DNA from: a virus
Lineage: Duplodnaviria > Caudoviricetes
Reading direction: 5' to 3' (one strand)
DNA: 64,000 nt
IMG/VR virus record: IMGVR_UViG_3300037424_001387
Location: 539 to 64,538 of that record
This document shows positions 54,386-62,119 of the stretch, in pieces (the first letter of the stretch is position 1; the number at the start of each line of letters is the position of its first letter). Position numbers and translations under genes: made by a program. Below the pieces are notes generated by a model, which saw nothing but the letters and a program-made list of their open reading frames with translations, was not told the origin of the DNA and did not search any database.

Positions 54386-55076
54386 TTTGCCCTCCGTGTT
54401 GACCGTATCCGTTCAGCCCGTTGGTTTGTTTGTAGGCGGTTAGCCACTTTACCGCCGTTGGTTTGCTTGCGCCAACGTCTTTAGCTACCTGGGTAGGGCC
54501 TGGTAAACTGTTGTCCGGGAACTGCTTAAGATAGGCAAAAATGGCATCCTGAAAAGAATCAGGGCTAACCGGGTCCTGTTCACCGTTTACCACTGCCGGG
54601 GTAATGGTTGTCTGTTTGGGTAAGGGGGTTGTCTGGCTTGCCTCAACATCAGAATACCCTACCGCCGCAACGATCAAAGGGGCTACCGCCGCTACCAGAA
54701 ACGACCACCCCCACAGTAACCCCATTGGAAATATCTCGGCAACTGGTTTACCAAGCTGAGAACTAACCAGATAAGGGGTTGCCGTTGCCGGTAAAGCAAC
54801 CAGGAGAAACAGTTGAGGCACTAACAGGATGTACCACTGAAAAGTGCCAACCGGCAACGAACGCCAACGGCGAAAGGTAAAGGCAATGGCCCACCCTTCC
54901 AGTAAAGCCATTGCTAACCCGCTGATAATCTCGACCGAAATAAACCAGGGCCATTTACTAATAATGTTCGCACCAATCGCCGCCGCGAACGCCCCCATAT
55001 ACCGGGGGGCGGCAACGGCTACCGCTGATGCTTGTAATACCTCTGCCTCTGTTACTTTTCTTCCAAAAATCTGCAT
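54378..55076 (-). CDS. Multi-pass membrane protein with C-terminal HTH
   Basis: Four to five hydrophobic segments; PGPTQVAKDVGASKPTAVKWL HTH. Confidence 0.75.
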   Translation of the reverse strand: MQIFGRKVTEAEVLQASAVAVAAPRYMGAFAAAIGANIISKWPWFISVEIISGLAMALLEGWAIAFTFRRWRSLPVGTFQWYILLVPQLFLLVALPATATPYLVSSQLGKPVAEIFPMGLLWGWSFLVAAVAPLIVAAVGYSDVEASQTTPLPKQTTITPAVVNGEQDPVSPDSFQDAIFAYLKQFPDNSLPGPTQVAKDVGASKPTAVKWLTAYKQTNGLNGYGQHGGQND

Positions 55077-55081
55077 TTCTC

Positions 55082-55194
55082 TTTACCCCTTTACGGTAAA
55101 CGGTTGTCTGACCATTTACCATTATTTTACTTGACTACCGTAACCCGTAAACCCGTAACTTACGACCCCGTAACCGCTTATTTACGGTTTACGG
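55082..55194. repeat. Cluster of CCGTAA hexamers
   Basis: CCGTAA at 55138, 55145, 55153, 55168; TTACGG at 55091, 55182, 55189. Confidence 0.7.
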
Positions 55195-55606
55195 CTCTGC
55201 CTCTGTACATCTGTACTGATAATATGACCTGACCGAACAGACACGATTCGGCGTGATCCGCATTATCCTCGTCGATCTCCCTATTGCAATAAGTGCAATA
55301 ATACTCAACGCGCCGATTGATCCACTCCTCCATTGCACTTATTGCCTCATTAGCATAATGGAGTCGGTCTTGCAACCGCTCAACCTCTTTAACCAGGGCC
55401 GGGATATCCTGCCGGGCGTGGGCTACAAATTCGGCGTCATCGTGGTCCCAACCCTCTGTGCCCTCTAAATCACCAAAATCACAGATGGCGATATTGGTAT
55501 AGTCTCTGACCGACAAATACCCGTCCGTGTCAATAAAATCAATCCACGGCCCCGGCGTGGCCTTGTCGGCCCGTTCCCGAATGGCTTTCAATTCATCCTC
55601 TGTCAT
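55178..55606 (-). CDS. Ead/Ea22-like phage protein
   Basis: AIRERADKATPGPW...DAEFVAHARQDIPALVKEVERL. Confidence 0.75.
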   Translation of the reverse strand: MTEDELKAIRERADKATPGPWIDFIDTDGYLSVRDYTNIAICDFGDLEGTEGWDHDDAEFVAHARQDIPALVKEVERLQDRLHYANEAISAMEEWINRRVEYYCTYCNREIDEDNADHAESCLFGQVILSVQMYRGRAVNRK

Positions 55607-55623
55607 TTTTACTTCTCCTGTCT

Positions 55624-55905
55624 TTACTCTACCCCAAAATCTTTACGCTGTGGAGACGTGGTAAATTCTTGATCCACCCCCCACCGACCATAGATACCAA
55701 ATTCCGCAACGGCGAGCAGGTAAGCGTCAAGATCGTTTCTGATGCGATTCAATTGTATTAGTTCCCGTAAGCAAGTTTGCATTCGTTCGACCTCTGATAG
55801 TAAAACCGGGATATCATCCGCCGCCCAAAACGCATCACTTAATTTGTTGCTCTTGTGCGCTTTCTCAAACCGTTCCAGAATGGCTTTCAATTCATCCTCT
55901 GTCAT
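55624..55905 (-). CDS. Paralog of 55178-55606 with internal deletion
   Basis: Same first 28 nt; DDIPVLLSEVERM. Confidence 0.65.
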   Translation of the reverse strand: MTEDELKAILERFEKAHKSNKLSDAFWAADDIPVLLSEVERMQTCLRELIQLNRIRNDLDAYLLAVAEFGIYGRWGVDQEFTTSPQRKDFGVE

Positions 55906-57080
55906 CGTTCCCTCCTATCTAACTGACTAATAATACCATCAACCTTCCTCAACTGATTCCCGCCGTCGCCGCCGAATACCTGATTAGCAATTGCAGAGCG
56001 TTTCAACCCGTCGGCTCTTAGTTTTGATACTAGCCGTTCCTCTGCCGTCAACATATCTACCGGTTCTGGCAACATAACCGCCTGGCCATTCCCACTGAAC
56101 AACGTCACCGCTCGCTTGTCTCTCTTGGCCTGGCCTGGCATAGACAACCAACCGGTGTTTTTAGTCCGGTCGATCAAACCGGCCTGGTTGAATCCAGGAT
56201 CGATAAACAACTTGATAAAGTTTTGATGAAGCGCCGCCCCCACACGGCCAACCCCCCACGCGTTGGCCGTGTCCAAGTGGATGATGAAGTATAATACCAC
56301 GTTTACCGAGGCGTAAAGCGTCGTAGCATCGATAATGAAATCCTCTGCCTCTTTACCGAGTTTGGCCCGGATAGCGGTCCAATCGTCAAAAAAGACGGGC
56401 TGGATTAAGTGGCTTTTGTGACTATCCAGACTGGCGTGCCTGTCTTCTGCAAGCTTGCGGACAATCCGCATACCCTGGGCGACCTTATCAAAATTGCCAC
56501 CGCCACCGAATAGAGTACAGCCGGTCCATTCGCCTGTATCCCATTTTGGCCCGACAACGATAGGCTTAATGCCATTATCCAACCAGTAACGCGCCAACCG
56601 TTGGGCCTGGTAAGTCTTCCCAACCTGCTGCCCGCCGATAATGGCGTATGACTGCGTTGGCTGCGTCATAATTTGGAGCAGGTCCAATGGAGCAGGCAGT
56701 GCAACCGCCCGCCCATCTACAATCTGCCCCCCCGCCGGTAAAGCTGACCTGAATACCTCAATCCCGTTGTCGGCAACCCTAAGCGCCATTTCGTTATGAT
56801 GGATGATTAAAAATTGCGCCCTAACCCTGGCCTCGTTTAATGCCTCAACTCTGATGTCATATTCAAGCCGTCCCAACCTGTGAGCCTGGCGAATCTGCAA
56901 AAACCTGCCGGTAACGCTGACAACTGCACTCAATCCAACCCCGCCGGCCAACGTGTAGAGGATGATGCTAAACTCAGCTTGGAATGTCAGCGCCAAAACG
57001 ATTACAACCAGGGCCAACGTGAATCCGATTACAATATAAACTTTAACAGACGGGGTCTTAACCCTGATTTCGCTATTCAT
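55902..57080 (-). CDS. Membrane-anchored FtsK/TraB-like P-loop ATPase with C-terminal HTH
   Basis: Two N-terminal TM segments, GGQQVGKT Walker A, VFFDD Walker B, KRSAIANQVFGG HTH. Confidence 0.7.
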   Translation of the reverse strand: MNSEIRVKTPSVKVYIVIGFTLALVVIVLALTFQAEFSIILYTLAGGVGLSAVVSVTGRFLQIRQAHRLGRLEYDIRVEALNEARVRAQFLIIHHNEMALRVADNGIEVFRSALPAGGQIVDGRAVALPAPLDLLQIMTQPTQSYAIIGGQQVGKTYQAQRLARYWLDNGIKPIVVGPKWDTGEWTGCTLFGGGGNFDKVAQGMRIVRKLAEDRHASLDSHKSHLIQPVFFDDWTAIRAKLGKEAEDFIIDATTLYASVNVVLYFIIHLDTANAWGVGRVGAALHQNFIKLFIDPGFNQAGLIDRTKNTGWLSMPGQAKRDKRAVTLFSGNGQAVMLPEPVDMLTAEERLVSKLRADGLKRSAIANQVFGGDGGNQLRKVDGIISQLDRRER

Positions 57081-57352
57081 AGCCCTAACCCCCACGCCAT
57101 AGATTTTACCCCGATGACCACCACCTTCCAGATTATACCCGCGTCCCGAACGTATGTTTTGCCAGTTTCGGCAATGTCCTGGATTGCCCACAGGCCGCGC
57201 CTGATAGGGCGTCTTGCCGATAAAATCATCCACGCCACCAACCATACCAACGAATCAAAATTAATCTCGAAAATGACCACTAAGAGCGGCCTGTGGGCCG
57301 ATGTGTACATCGGCGGTAGGGTTTGGCTATGGCGAACAATCGAGCGTGTCAT
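57077..57352 (-). CDS. Hypothetical membrane-associated protein
   Basis: AGGAG RBS before MTRSIV, first gene after promoter. Confidence 0.5.
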   Translation of the reverse strand: MTRSIVRHSQTLPPMYTSAHRPLLVVIFEINFDSLVWLVAWMILSARRPIRRGLWAIQDIAETGKTYVRDAGIIWKVVVIGVKSMAWGLGL

Positions 57353-57381
57353 ATGTCTCCTGAGCATTAAACTACCCTACT

Positions 57382-57410
57382 AATGTACACCATAAAAGCG
57401 CACTTGTCAA
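57382..57410 (-). promoter_or_regulatory. Sigma70 promoter
   Basis: TTGACA-17nt-TACATT. Confidence 0.7.
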
Positions 57411-57457
57411 TATATCGTTAGCAACCTTAAAATTAGGCAATGAGTGTAGTAAATGTA

Positions 57458-57509
57458 TTGACAAAAAACAAAATATCGGTTATAATGTAGACAATCAAAT
57501 CAATTAGTT
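57458..57509 (+). promoter_or_regulatory. Sigma70 promoter, cassette D, plus conserved motif
   Basis: TTGACA-17-TATAAT then TAGACAATCAAATCAATTAGTT. Confidence 0.88.
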
Positions 57510-57526
57510 TCGCGGAGGTAATAAAA

Positions 57527-57757
57527 ATGAAAGAGGTGAAGTTTTTGAACGATTTTAGCGCACTAAGACTGGGGGTAATAAAAATTACCCGCAAGGCTAC
57601 TAAGGACGGCCGACCTATTGGCCCCATCGCTGGTGTTTCTGTCATCGTTCCGGTTGAGCCGCGAACGATGGATCAGGCCGAGGCTATCGCCGCCGAATTT
57701 GCGGCAGACTGGAAGGGATCGGTTGCAAAGTACGGCGTTTCGGTAGATGTTAATTAG
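57527..57757 (+). CDS. Hypothetical early protein
   Basis: GGAGG RBS. Confidence 0.7.
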   Translation: MKEVKFLNDFSALRLGVIKITRKATKDGRPIGPIAGVSVIVPVEPRTMDQAEAIAAEFAADWKGSVAKYGVSVDVN

Positions 57758-57789
57758 TTCTAAAAATAGGAGATTTAAGGAGATAAGAA

Positions 57790-58017
57790 ATGGCAAAGGT
57801 AACGAAGGTAACGAACGAAGAACTTAACGAAATGGCCCAAGAGGCCAAAGAGAACTGGCTTTTTGACGCCGACACGGACCCAGACGGCGACATCCAGCGC
57901 GGGCTTGACGTTCTGGGGACAAATAGCCAAGATCAGGAAGTGATCGACGCCCGGTTCGAACGTGGTGACAAGTGGGACGCTCTAATGGAGTGGGCCGGTT
58001 TTTTAGGCCAGCGGTAA
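57790..58017 (+). CDS. Small acidic hypothetical protein
   Basis: AAGGAG RBS; Asp/Glu-rich. Confidence 0.7.
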   Translation: MAKVTKVTNEELNEMAQEAKENWLFDADTDPDGDIQRGLDVLGTNSQDQEVIDARFERGDKWDALMEWAGFLGQR

Positions 58018-58063
58018 TTTTTAATGGCCCGCCGAGAGCCTATCCCGGCAGAGAGGTTTTGAA

Positions 58064-58360
58064 ATGCAAGTCGTGAACACGGAACGCGGGAAGGAAGGGG
58101 AGACCCTTTTGAGCGGCGTAGACAGTTTTGTGGTAGGGGACGATCTCCTTGATAGTTGCGCCGTCGAAATCAAGGCCAATTACAAGGAATTATCAGTGTC
58201 TCCGACCGACAAGGCCCCTGATGTTCAGGGCGGCGTGTTGATTTTTGATGACACGGGGGAATTGATCGGCCGGGTTGCCCACGTCGGGTGGGCGCAAAAT
58301 GGGGGGATTACGGTCGAAAATCTTGACCGGGTAATCTTCCAGCAATATCCACGTAAATAA
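58064..58360 (+). CDS. Hypothetical acidic protein
   Basis: GAGG RBS. Confidence 0.7.
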   Translation: MQVVNTERGKEGETLLSGVDSFVVGDDLLDSCAVEIKANYKELSVSPTDKAPDVQGGVLIFDDTGELIGRVAHVGWAQNGGITVENLDRVIFQQYPRK

Positions 58361-58407
58361 ATCAAAAGCCCTCCCGGCTGGGCAATAGACCGGGAGAAAG
58401 ACACAAA

Positions 58408-58533
58408 ATGAAAGCGTATGAAATATGGATCTGTGATGAAGTTGTAGATGTGATCTGGGCATCCTCAAAAAAGGAAGCCCTGGCCGAAGCGATTCGGCTT
58501 TACGGGGCGAATGTTCACGTTCAGGAATGGTGA
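58408..58533 (+). CDS. 41-aa hypothetical protein
   Basis: Not in track. MKAYEIWICDEVVDVIWASSKKEALAEAIRLYGANVHVQEW; GGAG RBS. Confidence 0.55.
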   Translation: MKAYEIWICDEVVDVIWASSKKEALAEAIRLYGANVHVQEW

Positions 58534-58629
58534 TCCCCCCGCCAAACCCGACAAATGGGCACCATTGAACGAGATTCCCTGCTAGTTATTCCTTGCCGGT
58601 GGGTGGTCAAACCGGCAGAAAGGCAACCA

Positions 58630-58854
58630 ATGGCAAAACACGGCGGAGCAAGACAACCCGGCGAAGGCAAGAAGATGGGCCGGCCGCCTATTCCTGAGAA
58701 TGAGCGGCGAATTTGTAAGCAGATATCCGTTAAGAAAATCGACATTGATCGGCTGGCCCTGTTGGCAGACATCTGGAAAACATCTCAATCGGAAGTCCTG
58801 CGGCGGCTGATTGAGCAGGCCATAGAACAGTACAACGACAGCGACCCCGTTTAA
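58630..58854 (+). CDS. Ribbon-helix-helix (CopG-like) regulator
   Basis: HGGARQPG..MGRP hook, QISV..RLALLA..SQSEVLRRLIEQA. Confidence 0.75.
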   Translation: MAKHGGARQPGEGKKMGRPPIPENERRICKQISVKKIDIDRLALLADIWKTSQSEVLRRLIEQAIEQYNDSDPV

Positions 58855-58873
58855 GCCGGGGTATTGAGGGGAA

Positions 58874-59182
58874 ATGGGACAAGAGAAATTTGACCTGCTG
58901 ATTAGCAGGGTGAAATGGTGCTTAACCCAGGCCCTAGAACTATATGATAAAGGCGAGGCGCTACACTGGGCACCAGAAGCCCGCAAGCTTTTGTCAGAAA
59001 TAGCGGGTAATACCGTTGTCAAAGAGTATGATTGTGGGTGCATCGTGATTAAGTCCCCCACTGGTCTATGCTCAATAATCGGTCAGGATGAGGGTATCAA
59101 GGTAAACCCACTAGCTACCCCGTTTGGATACAGTGACGAGGTAATAGCCAAGTGGGTTTTGAAAGAGTTTTGCCCACACTAA
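58874..59182 (+). CDS. Hypothetical protein
   Basis: GAGGGG RBS. Confidence 0.65.
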   Translation: MGQEKFDLLISRVKWCLTQALELYDKGEALHWAPEARKLLSEIAGNTVVKEYDCGCIVIKSPTGLCSIIGQDEGIKVNPLATPFGYSDEVIAKWVLKEFCPH

Positions 59183-59193
59183 AGGTTGCTAAT

Positions 59194-59228
59194 AAAAAAA
59201 GGCCCTGGTGATTGACCAGGGCCTTTTT
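59194..59228. terminator. Bidirectional terminator
   Basis: A7-GGCCCTGGT/ACCAGGGCC-T5. Confidence 0.88.
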
Positions 59229-59239
59229 GATTCCGGTCG

Positions 59240-59800
59240 CTACCGCCTTAAATCCTGCCGGTTGTCTGCCTGCACCGGGATTGTATCACCCATCCCAAGC
59301 GCTTCCATCGCCGCCCTAAAAGAGTCGGTGACGTTTTTAATCAGCATAAAAAACGCCACGATAAACTCAGGGAATGCCTCAGCGACAAACCCCACCGCAA
59401 TGGTAAAAAGGACCTCTGAACCCAGGGTAAAGATAAACAGGCTTTCTACAATCGCCAGTGGGACCAGCGACAAAGACCCACCGCACTTAAACCAGGCGTC
59501 GGTTCCAATGTCGGCCAAGAAAAAGGCCAGGGCAACCACCGCCGCCCATCCCCTCTTTGTATCCCGGCCAAAAATGTAAAACAGGACGATCTGCCCGGCC
59601 TGTGGCAAAGCTGCTACGGCAAAAGTTACCCAGGTGCTATTTACCTTCAAGGTTGGCAATGCCAGATAGCCGGCTCGGGAAGTGGCATAATCCTCCATCA
59701 TCAGGATAACCGCCAGGCCAACCAACAGGCAGCCCAACGGCCAGGCGAACAGGATAAACGGCCGGGTATTACTACTAATTTGACGAAAAACGTTACTCAT
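59240..59800 (-). CDS. Four-TM membrane protein (start MSNVFR)
   Basis: Hydrophobic segments; GGAGGG RBS. Confidence 0.7.
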   Translation of the reverse strand: MSNVFRQISSNTRPFILFAWPLGCLLVGLAVILMMEDYATSRAGYLALPTLKVNSTWVTFAVAALPQAGQIVLFYIFGRDTKRGWAAVVALAFFLADIGTDAWFKCGGSLSLVPLAIVESLFIFTLGSEVLFTIAVGFVAEAFPEFIVAFFMLIKNVTDSFRAAMEALGMGDTIPVQADNRQDLRR

Positions 59801-60140
59801 TTTCCCTCCACTTAATGTTAAACTTTCGATTGCTAAAGTCTGGCAACTTAGGGGGGTTGTCAAGTTCGTTCGGTCCAGACATTGCCGAACGCTCACACTC
59901 CCTTACACACCATTTTTGTGGAAATTCATCAGGGTTAAGCGGCTTAGTAACACCGCCTTCGCTTGTGCCTGGATTAATCGGAGCTTCGCCCAGTTCATTG
60001 TCGGCTAAAAAAGCAAAATCGTCTGGGGCCTCAGATAGTTCCACCTTAGGACGCTTGTTAACTCCCCAAGCCTTGTTACATTTGCTATCACAGGCAACTC
60101 GAACACTTTGAAAAAAATAAGCTATTACTGCGTCATTCAT
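59793..60140 (-). CDS. Hypothetical Cys-containing protein
   Basis: CDSKCNKAWG...WCVRECER. Confidence 0.65.
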   Translation of the reverse strand: MNDAVIAYFFQSVRVACDSKCNKAWGVNKRPKVELSEAPDDFAFLADNELGEAPINPGTSEGGVTKPLNPDEFPQKWCVRECERSAMSGPNELDNPPKLPDFSNRKFNIKWRENE

Positions 60141-60151
60141 AAAACCCTCCG

Positions 60152-60364
60152 CTATTGCGCCCTACGCGCCTGATACGTTTTCATCCTCTGCCTACCGGGT
60201 CTCCCCACGTGCCAACCACCGCAAAAATCGCAATGGTATGGCAGGTAGGGGACCCGCTTCTGCCTTGATAGACCGAAGGCAATTGCTGCCGCTTCGCACT
60301 TCTCGTACCTTGTTTTGTTCTGACAACTTCGCCGCCTGATATGTCGTTTACTCGCCATTGTCAC
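60152..60364 (-). CDS. Small basic zinc-finger protein
   Basis: SCQNKTRY...YHCDFCGGWHVG. Confidence 0.65.
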   Translation of the reverse strand: MTMASKRHIRRRSCQNKTRYEKCEAAAIAFGLSRQKRVPYLPYHCDFCGGWHVGRPGRQRMKTYQARRAQ

Positions 60365-60380
60365 CTCCTTTCTCCCCCCT

Positions 60381-60409
60381 ATCGTATCATACTAATGTAT
60401 CCTTGTCAA
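60381..60409 (-). promoter_or_regulatory. Sigma70 promoter
   Basis: TTGACA-17nt-TACGAT. Confidence 0.65.
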
Positions 60410-60423
60410 TGTGTTTAATCTGC

Positions 60424-60448
60424 CTAATTTTCTGCTCAAGCAGAAAGT
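60424..60448. repeat. Palindromic element, copy 3
   Basis: CTAATTTTCTGCTCAAGCAGAAAGT; differs from copy 2 (reverse complement) only in the 2-nt centre. Confidence 0.85.
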
Positions 60449-60871
60449 TTACTTTGTCACTTCAAAAGTGAGTACCCAAACGTCTGGGTTATCTTCCCAC
60501 CGGGTGCCTTTGGTTTTGTTGGTCGAGTCCCATAACCCGCTATACCAATCCTTTTCATTGGTCGTCTTTCGTTCTTTGTTCCCAAACCCCTCTAACCAAA
60601 TTTCCTTGATCGAGATAGCCTGCAAGCTTTCGCGCCTGATTTGTTTGAGTCTCAGATGACCAATGGTCGGCTTCCCCCGACCCGGCTGAATGGCGTATGT
60701 TTTGCCAACGACCCATTTTACACGCACCTTACCCACATCATCGATTGTCTCTACCTCAACCAGATTACTTCCGTTGACAAAACAGGCAAACTCATTATCT
60801 TTGACGATTCGCCGGGTCTGTGTTTTCAGCCCGGCTATTACCTTAGCTGCGTTTAACGGTGTGAATAACAT
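60449..60871 (-). CDS. ASCH/PUA-like domain protein
   Basis: MLFTP..VIAGLKTQTRR...W...NPDVWVLTF. Confidence 0.7.
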   Translation of the reverse strand: MLFTPLNAAKVIAGLKTQTRRIVKDNEFACFVNGSNLVEVETIDDVGKVRVKWVVGKTYAIQPGRGKPTIGHLRLKQIRRESLQAISIKEIWLEGFGNKERKTTNEKDWYSGLWDSTNKTKGTRWEDNPDVWVLTFEVTK

Positions 60872-60872
60872 T

Positions 60873-61082
60873 TTACAAATCCTTCCTGAATAAACTTTGC
60901 CAATTCGACCCATTATTAACATCTTCCGGCCTCACAACCCGCCGGGCTTCCCATCGACCGTTGTAGGCCAGCGTGAATTGTTTATCACACGCTGAACACC
61001 GATAACGGACATACTTAAACGGGTATTCTATTTCGTGGTTGACCCTGCAATACGGGCAGGCAACCGTTATGGATTCGCTCAT
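60873..61082 (-). CDS. Small zinc-finger protein (start MSESIT)
   Basis: CPYC...CSAC; ATGA overlap. Confidence 0.6.
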   Translation of the reverse strand: MSESITVACPYCRVNHEIEYPFKYVRYRCSACDKQFTLAYNGRWEARRVVRPEDVNNGSNWQSLFRKDL

Positions 61083-62119
61083 TCTGTTAACCCCTTGTAG
61101 ATTTTTTGCATCATCAGGCAAGGTACACCGTTGCCTATGATAGTGCAAGTTAATTTGTTGTCGTCGGGTAAAATATAGCTATCTGGCATACTTTGGAATC
61201 TAGCCAATGCCTGAACCGTCATACTGACCACGTGGCCAGTTGATAGCCAGGCGTGCGGTGTGTGACTTGGGCGGTGGTCAGTTGTTATGGTCATTGCGGG
61301 ATCATTTCTTAACTTGGCAACGCTTCCCCAATTGCCCACATTGCGACATTCCACCAAAAACGCCTTCATCTGCCGCCGGTCAAAATTAGAGACAATTGTA
61401 TTTGCCGGTTCTTTTGATGTGCGCTGCACCGCAACCCGCGCCCCGGTTGAATCCGGATAACCGGCCGAATCAACCAGTAGACTGTCTAACAGCTCTTTCG
61501 GCAGTCTGGCAAGCTGCCAATCGGCAAATTTACTGGCCGGTAACGTATGGATTAAATCCTCGATTGCCTCGTACCAAGAGACCCACCGTTCTGGTTGCGG
61601 TAAATTCGGAAGCAGCCGCCCTTTTGCCGCTCGAAGGATCAATCGCCGACGAGTCTGTGGGACCCCGAAATTAGCAGCATTTATATTATCGTAATCCCAC
61701 ATATACCCGCCTCTGTTCAGCGCGGCGAGAATGATCTTAAAAGCCTTAAAGGTTCTGTACTGGTAGACATTCTCAATCGTAATGACCCCCGGTTGTAAAA
61801 CATCGATAAAATGAGCCACTTTCTCACCCATTGCGATATCGAGCAGTGATTCTTTCGTCCCTTCTGCGTTTCGCTCTGCCGAATGGTTGGCGTTACTTGC
61901 CCGCGTGCAGACAGGGGAAGCGTGCAGACAATCGACCACCGGCAAAGTATGCGGGTCTACCGTCAATATGTCGGCGGTGATGGTATGGAATCCATTGGCG
62001 CGGGCAACGTTGGCTATTTTGTCATCAATCTCGATCCCCCATAGGTGGGTTAGGCCGGCCTGGCGCATTCCAACCCCGGCTAATTCCCCGCCGCTAAAGA
62101 GCGTTGCAAAGGTTTTCAT
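61079..62119 (-). CDS. DNA cytosine-5 methyltransferase
   Basis: LFSGG, ASPVC, IENV, PQTRRR, LARFQSMPD, IGNGVP. Confidence 0.9.
   Translation of the reverse strand: MKTFATLFSGGELAGVGMRQAGLTHLWGIEIDDKIANVARANGFHTITADILTVDPHTLPVVDCLHASPVCTRASNANHSAERNAEGTKESLLDIAMGEKVAHFIDVLQPGVITIENVYQYRTFKAFKIILAALNRGGYMWDYDNINAANFGVPQTRRRLILRAAKGRLLPNLPQPERWVSWYEAIEDLIHTLPASKFADWQLARLPKELLDSLLVDSAGYPDSTGARVAVQRTSKEPANTIVSNFDRRQMKAFLVECRNVGNWGSVAKLRNDPAMTITTDHRPSHTPHAWLSTGHVVSMTVQALARFQSMPDSYILPDDNKLTCTIIGNGVPCLMMQKIYKGLTE

Noticed and set aside
58368-58400. HDV-like ribozyme (CCGGCTGGGCAA matches HDV text)
   Set aside because: No P1 5' strand or P2/P3 upstream; better explained by the short pseudoknot family
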